NCBI GenBank assembly: GCA_051294905.1
Contig: CM119373.1
Location: 27,342,001 to 27,406,000 of the forward strand
Reading direction: 5' to 3'
Length of the DNA stretch: 64,000 nt
From: Botryllus schlosseri
Taxonomy: Eukaryota
A program made the translations under genes and the position numbers. Position 1 is the first letter of the stretch, and every line of letters begins with the position of its first letter. The notes under the pieces were generated by a model, which made no database searches, had not been told where the DNA came from, and saw only the letters and a list, made by a program, of their open reading frames with translations. Shown here piece after piece: positions 1 to 12,149 of the stretch.

Positions 1-58
1 AGGCCAAGTCAAAATACACTAGATTTAGCGGAGAAACACTGGGAGTCGCACATCTGAC

Positions 59-208
59 CACAAACAACGACAACGCAGGCTATGTAAGTATAGCTATCAC
101 ATACCACAATTAAGGGTTATAGGTATGACAGTCGAACACAGCATAAAGGCCACAAACAACGACAATGCAGCCTATGCAAAGTAGATATCACTTACCACAA
201 TTTAACGT
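59..208 (+). repeat. Two-copy direct repeat, ~92 bp period
   Basis: cacaaacaacgacaa..gc.tatg.aa..tag.tatcac.taccacaatt occurs at ~59 and ~151. Confidence 0.8.
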
Positions 209-349
209 AGCTATGGATGGAAAATACATAACAGCTGCATAAGTAAGGGAATGTATTTGCTCCGCATTACGTATTGGCCGTCGCTACTATATAATTCCTA
301 CAAGACTGTAGGATTCCGAAATTGATAGCGCGCTTCACTCTGTTGCAAT

Positions 350-836
350 TGTCCAATTGTAAGCGAATAGTGGATGAGGCAGATTAGTTTGTGCCTCACC
401 TGGCTATTGTTTGTCTGCGATGGAATTGTCTGTAATAAAGCCGAATGTCACTTTCCTTGGCAATTTTGGGGGGTTCTGGTGCTCTAACACTGTTAATATT
501 TGGATTTTCGGAATCAGTGTGACGATAGCATTTGATTGACACCAGTTATCATGAATTCCGAGCTATTTATGATCAATTGCATTGTCGCAGGTGAGGCACG
601 ACCCACCCGTGCCTCACATGTGGCCTCACCTCTCCTTTCGCGCTGTATTTTTGAATAATAATTATGCAAATTGATGATGGTGGGTGAAAAAATGTTCAAA
701 TTTAGTTATTTATGAACATCGATATAAAATGTCAATAAAATCATCGTCTCATCGAGGGCTTTCATAATTTTCACGTACTCATCCAGACGATTGGTGAGGC
801 ACTGCCTCACCTGCCTCATTGGACCGCACGTCACTG
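350..836. mobile_element. Partial hAT-type MITE (CAGTGACGTGCGG end, GTGAGGCA subterminal repeats)
   Basis: End ggaccgcacgtcactg at 821-836; several gtgaggca/tgcctcac motifs between 375 and 820; the other end was not found. Confidence 0.5.
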
Positions 837-1049
837 CTACAGTCACTATATCATTTGAAGTAATAAGCAAATAGTGGGGTATTGCGCGCCATATTTTCAT
901 GTACGGCCGGAAACGCTCTGTGGGCCGCTCAAAATCACGTCGCGGGTCGTATGCTGCCCGTCCCTGTTATATAGCCTATTGTAACATTTAGAGGGGCACG
1001 TCCAAATACCAGTAGCCTACCACTTGGTGAAGAGCCCATTGTGAACCAT

Positions 1050-1900
1050 AAATAATAGGCCTACGCAATAATCAAGTATTTGCCGTCCTGGATGTGCTGT
1101 ATCATAACTGTAACTAGAGATGTTGATTGTAGCCTAAGTATCGCATTATCATGTATGGCCTACATGTAGCTTCACGTGAGCTAACTGGAATACCTTCACG
1201 TATTGTAGCCTACATAAAACTGGACATGAAATGTGTACGCGGTACGACATCGATTCTACTGAGTTATATTGTAAGATTTCATTGCTCCGAGATGAGAAGG
1301 TGGTTCAGTTGATCATCTCGGAACTTTCCAAGCAGCTCATTCTTAGATAGATTATAGATATTGCTTATAGATATTGAAGTAAATAATCAAGGATGAAAAA
1401 CATACTGGGAGAGTGGACCCGAGCGTTACAAATGAACTGGATGTCATCAATGGCTAAACGCTAGATGTCGTACGTGATACGTGAATGTTTAGAATTCAAT
1501 TAGTAATTCTTATCCGGACACTTCGCATTTTGTAATATGTAAGTTCTTGGAAGGTCTCCTGTGTTTCTCGCTTCCTCTCGAGACGATTTTGAGAGCTGAG
1601 TCGTTCAGCAAGCAACAAAAAGGCTTCTTGATAGGCGGCTGTTCGTTGAAACCCCCTGTCAGTAGTGCCTACTGACCAAATAATTGCTTGAAAACTGGTA
1701 GCCACGCACTTCCCCGCTAAGCCCTTCGCATTGCATGGAGAGGAAAAGTGGCGCTGCTGATTCAAAAATCTCGATGATGCACGCTGCCTTCCTTATTCGA
1801 GCTAACTTGAAGATAGACGGTGTGTGCCTGTCACAGTTACGTTTAGAATTGGACTTCGTTACGTCCGATTTCAATATTGTTATTCAACCTCAATTCGAGA
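1050..1900 (-). pseudogene. Decayed rhodopsin-class GPCR remnant (TM3-TM5 and weaker downstream signal)
   Basis: In order on the minus strand: PSIFKLARI (TM3-like, ~1817), FQAIIWSVG (TM4 Trp, ~1678), FVTLGSTLPVCFSSLIIYFNIYKQYL (TM5, ~1435-1355). Contains stops and frameshifts. Confidence 0.45.
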
Positions 1901-3058
1901 TGCAAATGTAGAGCTCTGATAACCATCATTCGCAAATGGCACTCTATTACCACATTATTACCAAGCTGAACATCGCACCCATCGAATAGATGTGGTGTCG
2001 AATACGAGCCTTTATGTGACTTTGAAAGGTGGAGAAAATACCATAATCTTCGCGTAAATTGTGCCTTGTGCGAATCTGATATAAGTAACCTGCGACTGAC
2101 TCATATTCTGTCGAAAAAGGTTCGAATGCATGAAATTTCGAGGGAAATTGTTTCCGTGTATTAGCGCCATAGGCGTAGAGAAAATTTTGCAATAGAAAGC
2201 TCATGATAAAAAGCAATTTGTTTCAATTAACACAGCATCAAAAACGGAAAAAAAAGACATACTAATGCGCTGTTTTGCACTCTGAAACATGTTTTGCTTG
2301 CATCGCGCGGCAGTAGTAGCGTAATAGGGAATAGAGACAAAGTAACTATACGTAGAAAAAATAGCAACATATAATAAGAATTCGGCACGAAACTGTAACG
2401 GGAACAAGAAAGGGTGAATTGTTGACGAAGGAAACGCGAGTAATAAAACTGTGATGAAAATCGCCCGGTGCTTCTGTGATCTCACAGTAAGGTCACAGTT
2501 TTGGTCACAAACGTAATTTAAACTATCCCCCACAAATTCGGACTCCTTAAGCCGATTTAAGCCTCCGGACTTTATAGTGGCAACGGACGCATCACAAGTT
2601 CGTTGCAACCTTGAATTATCAACGCCTGATTCTATCATAAGCAAATGTATCACTCTCCAGAACGGTGTCATTGATTTAATATTTATGTAACAAAAACGGA
2701 ACAACCTTATAAAAATTACGACAAAACAGCTCAGATATCCGCAGACATGACCGAAAAACTTTCGAAAATAAGGCACTATATATATATCTACTAGTAAGCC
2801 AGTTCTCAGCGAAACGCATAGGCTTGGTCTGATGTCTACATGTCCTTCGCAGGGTCAAGCGAAATCGGTCGAAAATCATCAGGAACGTAATTCGATTCGA
2901 ATCGGTGATGTCACCGTTGCTACGTAGTCCGCAGGAATGGTGGAGCTCTCGCTGGAGCTCAAGTATGCCTTTGCTTTGTACAAGGACAGCGTACTGTTGC
3001 ATAGTGTCGGGTCCGTGTGCTCTCTTAGTACAAGCCTTCTGGCATCCGGGCGCGCAAG

Positions 3059-3201
3059 TTACATTGTCTTCCGCCTTGCGATCATTCTTCGAACAACGTT
3101 GCCGCGTTTCGAATACTCCAGCTCTGTTCGTATGGTCTTGAGCTGGTTCTTCTCAAATTTGTTCTTGGGCGGTTCCCGTTTGTAGGAGAGGTTGTACAGT
3201 T
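3059..3201 (-). CDS. RASGEF1: RASGEF1-like terminal exon
   Basis: (E)LYNLSYKREPPKNKFEKNQLKTIRTEL..RRKTM-TAA; acceptor ctttTCAG. Confidence 0.85.
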
Positions 3202-6200
3202 CTGAAAAGGAGATCACCCTGTTAGTTACACAATAATTACGGAGGCAAGAAAAACGAAGGGATAGTCTTCACGGTGTTTAATGATTCCTGTATCCTAAAT
3301 TCCCACAATGAATTTAAACAAGTCGATATTTACCTGCATCTTTCAGAACGGGCGAGTTTAGCAGAAAATCTTGCAGTTTGGCGTTTTTCTTGTAGACGCA
3401 CGACTTGTTCTTCCACGTTTCCAATGGGTGTAATATCTCTCCCAGATGACGAATTTTCTGTAGAAGGAAATTGCAAAATTAAAATAACGCGGTATGGGTA
3501 CAAAAAAACTATCTATCTGCGTTTTCTATTTCACATGCAAAGGTGGTCAGAAAGTAATTTAATATTGTAGGCTAGCCATTAATCTACGGAAGTTGGGGAC
3601 TCACCTCGAAATTTATGGTGCCGTTAGGCTCTATCGTTGGCGTTGAATGATTGAGAAAATACACGTCCTTGACCATCAGAGTCAAAAATGGCACCAGCAC
3701 CCCGTCTTCCAAACCGGAAGATATGATTTCGTCGAAAGTGAATCTCTTTTGAGGAGTCGATGACGCCGATGATGACGTCACGGGGGTTGTCTTCGCGGAA
3801 GAGTCGTTCTCGCACTCGATGCCCGAGTCCCGGTGCTGTGAAGTCACAGAGGTGACAGACAGTCGCGACGACACGGAGTGTTGCGATGCCGTAGAGTAGC
3901 GATGGTTTTCCGGTTCCGGAGACGGCTTCACGAAATCCGACTCTTGGTGGTCGCGCATTGCCGCCCAGCGGGCGTTAAACATTTTCCGATAGCGGCGGAA
4001 GTTGTTGCTTGGGTCGAACACGGCCTGTGAGGTAATAATGAGTGTCAAAAGATGTCTTCTAAGATATAGACTATATCATTATCAGCAAAGTGCAAACGAA
4101 TTCCTATGGATATATCACAATAGTGGAGTGGGTTCTGTTCCAGCGTAAAACGCCAAAGAGGACATGAAAAAGTGGCACACATAAGCAGGACCATGAATGA
4201 TCGCACCCATGGGATAGATCTATGAGATTGATGTATTAGACTAGTTTTGAACGATTGGAATTGGTATAAAACCAAGATTAGTTATCAGGAAGAGCCGATG
4301 GCTTGATTGTCACCCTACTATATATAGTGGAAATTAGGTATCAACGCCTGCTTTCCATCCGTGTATTTACGGTGCAGAAATAAAATATGTGGAATACAAT
4401 GGGCATCTGTTTTATTACCTGCAATTGCTCAAGTTCGTAGACATCCACTTTGCTCCAAGTACGTTTCAGCCGGGCGACAGCGCCTAGGCTCAGACCGGTC
4501 AGGATCGCCATAGCCGAATTGAAATTCGACAGCTGATAGCACGTGGCGGCCGTCCTCGTAAAAAGCGATATCACCTGCCTCCTGTGTTTCGGTTTTCGGC
4601 ACTGTCATAGAACGGACATAGTGAATATCGGGCATTGGTATGCCGTACAAACGCGGTTTCTTACCAGGCATACTGAAGTGGCCACCAGGTGACTCAAATG
4701 GTTGAACCAGCGCACCGACGCGCCCAAGTTACAATTCGCTTCTTCGTCTTTATTGTTGTTGAATACTTGCAGAAATTCTTCGGCTCCCAGATGACTGAGG
4801 AGATCCTGAAATGACAAGATATTGACATCAGAATGGCGAAAATGAATACCTTCTACTTAGAGACGTGGTTGGTTCAGCGAATTGATGACTATTTGGTTTT
4901 TGCAATGGTGTCATAAGAGTAGCAGTGTATGTACAACCGCATTGAATTTATCATTTATGGATGGTAAGCTGACAAACTTACCATTTCGATGAGGCACAGT
5001 TGCTCGGCTACTTTATTTGCATCGCCCGCGTCACTCATGCCAGTAACCATGGCGATCATGGCTTCCTTCGTGTCTTGGAAGTGTTCGTCTCGCGGTAACG
5101 TGTCTGATTTCAAGTCAGCGTTGACCGATGTTTTGCCTTCCGAAGACTTATTCAAAGTTTCGAGTACCGATGAACAGTGGTCTTTCAATTCCTGCGAGAA
5201 TTGGAAAGCAACGGCGTTAAAAACGTAAAAATCTGATCACCGGCAGGTGTCGGTAGCGAGCAGTCTTGAATTCGCAATTACCTGTGAATCGTTCGCAAGG
5301 TTATTGATGAGTTCTTTCAGGGTGCCCGAAGTCTCGTTTTTCTTGAAGTCGCCCGGAAAGTCACGCACCCAGATCAGTAGTACTTTCAGCAGGTGTTTGT
5401 TGCGGGTTTGAACACTGTTCGGTAAGTTGCTGTCGTCGCTGAGATGCTCGCATATTTGGGATTCGATGTCTGCAACGTGGGATTTTTCAGAGTTAACGAA
5501 ATGCTCGAAATAATGCAATAAACACCGGATCATCTTTCAGTAAAACGGGAAGTCGCGATTTTTTTCTATCGAGATGTCACATGCCACACACGGAAATAAC
5601 TTAATGTTGAAACTTACACGCGGAAACATGTCGTCTGAACTGTAACAGTACCACTCAATCAATGGTAGAGAGACGAGACGAATGAAACATCGCTACGATT
5701 ATACACGCTGCTATCAAAATTTACACGAGGTAGTAATTTGTCTAAAATTTCGCAGTATCATTCAAATCACTCAACCTAACACCTTGATACCGAAGAAGAC
5801 TTTAACCGCGCTAAGTTAAAATCATGCATTACCTTTCGCTAACTGATCCAGCGAATCTGAAGCGGGCAAGGTCGGGCCTAATAATCTCTTTTGCGCATTG
5901 CCGGACTGACCCGAAGTGCCTTCGTCGGATTTGGCTTCGGAATTGTTGTTATTGATGTTACTGCTTTGGTATTCCGAATCAATTTCGTGATCTAATAATC
6001 CAGATAAGATCCCAGAGTCACGAGATGCCACGGACCTACGATCCGTGTTGGTGTTTTCTGATGTTTTAAGGGGTTCATGGGATGGGAGGCTTTCGGGTTC
6101 TGGGCGCCTGCGGCCTTTTCTCCTCCTTCTGATCGTGTCATCACCCATCGCGATTATATCTTCCGAAATTGGGACTTCGTCTATGTTTGTTTCGGGCAGT

Positions 6201-6910
6201 TTCTCGAGAATAGCTCCCATGCTGGCGGTGGACGCGTAATTAGACGCGAGCTGGCTCGCGTTAACGCTCGGCGCTTTGTTTAATTTATGCGGGGACGGGA
6301 GAGCCCGCAGGGCGGCGGGCGGGGCCGTATTGCGCCGGTTGTCTTCGTCAAAGCCGCTGGCGACTGATCTGTAATCGTCAAAGTCCGAAGGCTTCGCTAA
6401 AGTGTCGCTTGATATACCGCTCGTGGATATATTCGGCGACAGGGTTTGAGAGTCAGATAGCTTTGGCAACGGGCGTTTCGGGCCTTGCATCATCACGTTT
6501 GCACGAAGCATCTCGACGTACAACGGAGAAGGGTCGTTTTCGAGCATGTTATTTGTGCTTTTGCTGACGGTTTTAGGGTTTTGCCGTCTTCTCTGGCATT
6601 TTGAACAAGCTGATAAATCCTTTGGCCTGGCGGCCTTTTGATTCTTTCTCAAAAAGCGAGGTCCTGTCTCGGACGATTCCGGGCTTTTAATCCGACACTG
6701 TATCTCCTTCAGAAGATTTTCGGGCGTCTGAAACAGCCTGTATCCGAGTAGATAAGAGTATATCGTTTTCTCCTGTAAATATAATGGAGAACACAGTTAA
6801 AATACACCCGTTTATGCTAAAATACCACAGCGTTGACTTACATCGGGAGTGCTGATTTCACCGTCCAGAAGATGCCGCAAGAGTGCTTCTTTCGTTTGCC
6901 TGTGTTCCAT
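3059..6910 (-). CDS. RASGEF1: RasGEF domain family member 1-like guanine nucleotide exchange factor (REM + CDC25 domains), 9 coding exons, about 805 aa
   Basis: Hand-spliced all-GT-AG, phase-consistent model: 6910-6842, 6772-5833, 5469-5282, 5191-4982, 4805-4665, 4601-4419, 4024-3605, 3457-3334, 3201-3059 (2418 nt including stop). Motifs match the RASGEF1 family as recalled: EALLRHLL..PDEKTIYSYLLGYRLF, LLKVLLIWVRDFPGDF, VAEQLCLIEM, VRWFNHLSHLVATSVC, NFNSAMAILTGLSLGAVARLKRTWSKV, FDPSNNFRRYR, VPFLTLMVKDVYFLN..PNGTINFEK, LYNLSYKREPP. The start codon and the exon-3 acceptor are the least certain parts. Confidence 0.9.
3334..3457 (-). CDS. RASGEF1: RASGEF1-like exon 8
   Basis: 124 nt, KIRHLGEILHPLETWKNKSCVYKKNAKLQDFLLNSPVLKDA; not in the ORF track; canonical splice sites. 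Confidence 0.85.
3605..4024 (-). CDS. RASGEF1: RASGEF1-like exon 7 (CDC25 domain with Ser/Thr-rich insert)
   Basis: 420 nt, AVFDPSNNFRRYR..VPFLTLMVKDVYFLN..INFE; donor GTGAGT. Confidence 0.9.
4419..4601 (-). CDS. RASGEF1: RASGEF1-like exon 6
   Basis: 183 nt, CRKPKHRRQVISLF..NFNSAMAI..RLKRTWSKV; preceded by a 63 nt intron. Confidence 0.9.
4665..4805 (-). CDS. RASGEF1: RASGEF1-like exon 5
   Basis: 141 nt, DLLSHLGAEEF..VRWFNHLSHLVATSVCL; canonical splice sites. Confidence 0.9.
4982..5191 (-). CDS. RASGEF1: RASGEF1-like exon 4
   Basis: 210 nt, phase 0/0, ends DANKVAEQLCLIEM; ttctcgcAG acceptor, GTAAGT donor. Confidence 0.85.
5282..5469 (-). CDS. RASGEF1: RASGEF1-like exon 3 (REM C-half)
   Basis: DIESQICEHL..HLLKVLLIWVRDFPGDFKK; donor GTAATT. 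The acceptor (cacgttgcAG) was chosen for phase-1 compatibility; the ORF extends further, to 5533. Confidence 0.75.
5833..6772 (-). CDS. RASGEF1: RASGEF1-like exon 2 (REM N-half plus ~290 aa low-complexity insert)
   Basis: 940 nt open frame (includes ORF 5822..6652); acceptor tttacAG, donor GTAATG; begins EKTIYSYLLGYRLFQTPENLLKEI. Confidence 0.85.
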
Positions 6911-6930
6911 CCCGACAGGCAATAGCGTTT
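6842..6930 (-). CDS. RASGEF1: RASGEF1-like exon 1 (ATG at 6910; start of REM domain)
   Basis: Acceptor cttcacAG at 6931, donor GTAAGT at 6841; encodes MEHRQTKEALLRHLLDGEISTPD; ATG in gggATGg context. Confidence 0.75.
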
Positions 6931-7835
6931 CTGTGAAGAGAATATAAGTTTATCGATTGAATGTATTGCAGTATAATGGCACGCTACGAAACTTTATGAC
7001 TAGAGACTGTCTGCGTTTACTTAACCTACTATCCCGTAGTAATGTAACGGCTTGGATTACATTGCCTAGCAGTGCGAGCGCCATAATCCTGGCCTTCGCA
7101 TTGTCATAAATATTTTAAGATTGCAGTATACTGCAGAAAGGCATACGTTTTATTATCTTTCGATCTACTTTTCTCTCTTTATTCGAATGAAAACAAGATA
7201 GTTTATTACATGACTGGATATAAGTACATTGCCCCGTATAGACATCTACTAATACAACACTGCTCGTAAATCGTGTAGTTTAGGATACAAAATATCGATG
7301 TAAATTGTCGCATACTAATTCGTTTTCGGCAAGGATAACGTGTAACTTGTACCTTTCTACACGCGCAGCGACCAGCGGCAAGGGGAGCATTCCCATTGAA
7401 TAGCAAGACAACAAAACCGTTTCAACAGTCAAGACTCATTGTCTCCATTAGCAATTTGATTCCGCGGGCACAATGAGGGGCTTACATTTACAGAACGCAC
7501 GGCTATTCATGTCTTTATCGGACTTTCACAACAGGCGCCTAGCGCAAAAGTCATCAAAGACTGCTAATAACAGGGTTGCAGCAATAGAGGTGCCTGTCAA
7601 CCTGCGCCGGTGCTATGAACTCGACTAGTATAATTTAGTGTGAAGACCAGACTGCCTATTAATTAATACACAGCTGACTACTCCAAGCAACGATCGCACA
7701 AATATCATAATATAATAACCTTGAAATGCTATGCTACCGACTTCTGTGCTCGCCAAATAAACCCTAAGCGCACCTTTACTACCAGCTCATTCGGTATTCA
7801 GTAACAGATGTCGCCGCATTTGTAAAGCCTCTTAC

Positions 7836-7950
7836 CTTGATTTTAGAACGGTAAAATTTCCGGGACGTTATATCCAATAGCAAAAAATGAAGTTGCGTAT
7901 ATCCAATAATCCTTGTAGCAGCTGAGCTGTTGTTATCGTAATATTATAAA
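7836..7950 (-). other. Candidate non-coding (5' UTR) exon of the RASGEF1-like gene
   Basis: Strong acceptor ttgcttaCAG and donor AAG/GTAAGA bracket 115 nt with stops in all three frames. Confidence 0.3.
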
Positions 7951-10279
7951 CTGTAAGCAATAAGACACATTGTTATATGATCGACCACCAGCCGAAGCCG
8001 TTTTCACGTCCGACGTACTACCCAGTCGAATGTCTGATGGCGCGGCGACTCTTGCATTTAAGCGCCGGCCAACCGCTCACTCTATGCCGCACGATTGCGC
8101 TGAATACGTCGCAACTGGTTGTCTGTATCGTGCGTAGTCCATTACTGTGATTTATTTATCAATGCGATGTCCAAAAATACAGTACGAATCCTAATACACA
8201 AGGCGCGCTAAATCTGGTTTCGTGTATAGCGTGTCTATTGTATATTTATAACTGGCATATACTTCAATACATAATTGAATAGTATGTCGTCTTGAAATAA
8301 ATCGGAATATTTTCGGCTGACGGTCAAACGTCTATTGAATACAAAGTTCGTTTTCTCTACTAGATGCTGACGATTACCCCTGACGAGTCTGTTAAATATA
8401 TTCGGGTATATTTCAGTATGACTATGTTATTCAATTTTATATTGAACTTCTGTACATCTTCCATTCCTATCAGTGCATTACTGCTGTGCTGCATTCTTCG
8501 GTTCTGGTGTATATTATATGGCACTGCCTTGCTAATGGTGCTACAACAGCTAACACCTCCGGTAGAAGTATAGCTATTGCTTGCCCGTTGCAGCACACAC
8601 TAACTGCGCAAAGTCTTTACTGCGATATAAGTGTCGATTTTACACATTAAAATCTATCCGATGCGCACAAATTATCACGCTTAATTCACCTGCCCTGCTT
8701 AACGGTAGGCTTCGAATTTTGATTTGAGCCGTTACTACACTTTACTACGATCTTTGGCGTCGAGACGCGGCGTATCCCTCTCTCCTTTTTGTACGGGCTC
8801 TCTCGCTCGTCCCGACCCTCTCTCCCAATAATCCCTCGTTCTATCACTCGGCTGCGCGATATTTTATGTAAAAGCGTAATCCGATAAGTCTCGGTGAACG
8901 CATAGCTCAACTTGGCGCGATTCTAGCGGTACCGACACTACAAAGTGTACGTTACCTCAGTCTCTGTGCCGCAAATAAGGTGTAACCTGAAATCTTGCAC
9001 CGAGTTACGCCCTTGGCTAACATCTTATATATTGCCATGCTTCATATCTGGAAGTTATTAAGATACCACATATCGGATACGCAATAATGACTTGCTATAT
9101 GTTGCTGGGCGCAGACGCGTACTCGCGCGTATACCACCAGCACGTTAAACCCGTTGGATGAACTTTGCATTGATCGTCGGGTTAAATAGCAGTATATGTC
9201 ACCCGATAAGACTCCATGGTTCAGATTGCCCTGCAACTAGCCTACATGTTTACCAGGGTACATGCGTAGAGTTGGCTGACGTTTTACGACATAACAATCA
9301 GACAAAATGGCAATAAAAATAATGATAAATATTATGCGTTTACGGAATGAAATTGATGACAATCCAAATATTCAATCAACGCAACTACGCTCCGACAAGA
9401 AAATACGACAAGAACCGATTGGCTTGTGTCAAAGCGCATAAGGAATTCCGAATATCGTGGTGCGTACTGTAGTTCGTGACATCACATCGTTTCTGTAAAG
9501 TGTAAACGATATTCGTAGCATAAATGTTGCGTTGCGCGGTGCTGAATAATATTAACATTGAGTATTATCCTTGGAATTGTAAAATCAGTATCATCACCCT
9601 CTGAATTTATTTCGGCCTCGACTTTGTTCAGCCTTACCGCGATGGTATGACACATTTAGAATATGACACGTTCAAGTTCTATACAATATCTCGTGCACGT
9701 CCCATGTGCGTTACTAATGCAAGTGACTCATGTGTAATCAGCTTGCATTATACAGATTATACAGGAGCAAACACACATTAAGTAGCTGGTACTGCTGCGC
9801 TAAGTACACCTGCAGGTAACGACTAGATATTAGCTCACACACACATGCATTGTATTACGGAGCGTTGCAAAAATAGATACACAGGGATATTCAAACATAT
9901 ACGCGATAACGGACTACGTAGATATTTACGTTTACGTGCGATTTAGATATGGATGCCGTCGGAACCATGGTCTGTGATAAAGTGATCCTACAGCAAACAG
10001 AGATTTATATACTTGGGGACTGGGGTATATACTTGCCACTTTGGCATTAAATTTGTAAACAACTTCTGAAAATGTATGAAATATTGAAATTCCGTACGCA
10101 GAGATGCTTGAATAAATTATGACCGTAACGTGTAACACGTGCGTTAGGCGTGGGGAGTTTATTGTTACATAATAAGACATGGGGATATCGCGAACATTAG
10201 TCCTTGACGAGTCCAAATATATCACACTTCACAGTGTCAAGGTTAATTTGTTTTCGTCACTCAAGCATCCAGTGCGGTA

Positions 10280-11030
10280 AACTTTCCTGATGTCCCATGT
10301 ACACATGGAATTTAATCTGGCACTTTATATTGGTACAGTAGGTCTACGGGACTGTATAGGGAATCCAAAGCCCCGATACCCGGGGCTATTGCAAAATGAA
10401 ACCATCCCAACGAAAAAGAGAACCCTTTAGTGAGTAGGTCATGTGGGGGAAAGTATTTGAATTCTCCTACAAATTAAAAGTACCTTTTACTGATCAGTGA
10501 CCACCTCTGTAATCTTCCTATTTTCATGGCGTTATCATAACTCGAAACCCGTCCAATCTGCAAACGTAGGTCACCTGCATTCTTACAGCATTCGTGTTTT
10601 AGGTGAGGAGAATTACCCTTTACAATGTCAAAACGCGCACTTGCATCAAAGCGCATAGGAAATAGATTGTCGTTGATTCCTCGTTCGCGCGGCAATTCGA
10701 ACGAGAAAAGTAAAGGTTTTGACTCGTGACGCACAAGCGCATGAGTGAGAACAATCCACATAATCGGTACCGAAAATGAGTCTTCGCGCACGTTGCGTTG
10801 ATACGCAGGCCTTTCTTTGAAAATAAACAACAATATGGCAAATTAATGGAAATGTTGAGAAGACATATAATGTTGACTCGTGACGCATACAGTATTTGCG
10901 TCGCGAAAAAGTTACGCAAGTCAACACGTAAAGCTGCAGTGTTTTGCAACGATTTGTCGTGTCGATAATGGTAAGTAATATCTAACATTTTCGTAAATGT
11001 TGTCGGCACGCTTCTAGAATGTAGATATGG
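10280..11030 (-). pseudogene. Decayed GPCR remnant (TM5-TM7)
   Basis: VFSTFPLICHIVVYF (TM5, ~10850), RHENRKITEVV..LLIC (TM6, ~10520), FSLGWFHFAIAPGI (TM7, similar to LxWxHxxINPxIY, ~10400), in correct order across frameshifts. Confidence 0.45.
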
Positions 11031-12149
11031 CACGTTTTATGATTGCGGGACACGGTCCATCGGACGAATGACAGGCCATGGATATCGCTGCGACATCACG
11101 ACTAGCAATGGGCTGATTCGATTTCAAGTCCAGTTTCCAGAAACCATGGATACTGTAGTTCCGTCCGATTTAAAATATCACGCCGAAACTAGGTTTTGCG
11201 TTCATTGCTGACTCTCTCACCCCTAAATACACTCATATATTCTTGCTGTTGTAATCACGCCTCTAATTTTAATTATTACTCCCTTTCGATTTCTTGATTT
11301 GATTTCATTTTCTCCAGTTCTTAACAAAATGAGCTGCGATAATCAAAGTAGACTACTTTTAAGCCATTTAAGAACGGTAATTCACCTAACATAAATTAAC
11401 TCATTAATCAAGTAAGTCCTCCTTGGCATTAAATTTTCACTTGTGAAATATTACCAATTGAATACATAACAGGAAACTCGGTATTTTTTACCGGAAATTC
11501 AATCGCACATCCAGTTTCGTCGATGACATTGTTCAGCGAATTTGCACGAGATAATGCACTTTCGAAATATCAGCTGGAATTATTACCGGCCATTCAATTT
11601 CGCCATTACAAATGATATTGCCGTGCCAGCATGGGAAGTAAGGTGTGTTGTAGGGTTTTAATATAACTCAATATTCCTTGTCGACTTCAGCTTATACTTT
11701 ATGCGCGTTCTCGGAAATAGTGCATGCATTGCAAGTCCACTGCACGAGACTTCCCGGAACACCACGCATGCGCAGAACACTTATTACGTCAGGACGTGAT
11801 TCCACAATATTTCTGTATGACAGGAATGATCAATAGGCGGATGTCGCAGATGTAATCCAATCGATAGATTTGCAATAAACTGACTGGGAATTCGTAAGAT
11901 ACGACACTGTCGCGAGATGGTGAGTAATGCGTGGAAAAATTCTCCCGTTGTTACGTCACGTATGAGCTGAGATATGTCACAATCCGTGTTTGACGCGATC
12001 GATTATTGGCTCATAAAATTTTATTGTAATCTCCAACAGGAGTGAAGATCTTGGTTTCCGAAGGACGCCTGGGTTTATTTCTTACGCATATATGTTTCGA
12101 CTATTCTCATTAATTTCAAGGATGAATGTTGTTACAATTCTTCGATCGA

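Noticed and set aside
1428-1460. DnaA-like Walker B phrase LAIDDIQF
   Set aside because: Isolated octapeptide with no P-loop context; treated as chance.
2201-2776. 191-aa ORF as a separate gene
   Set aside because: No recognisable domain; AT-rich; lies just downstream of the RASGEF1 stop and is probably 3' UTR or intergenic.
5618-5639. 22 nt microexon (SDDMFPR) of RASGEF1
   Set aside because: It has good splice signals but is not phase-compatible with both flanking exons, and the REM residues it seemed to supply are already encoded at 6772-6900.
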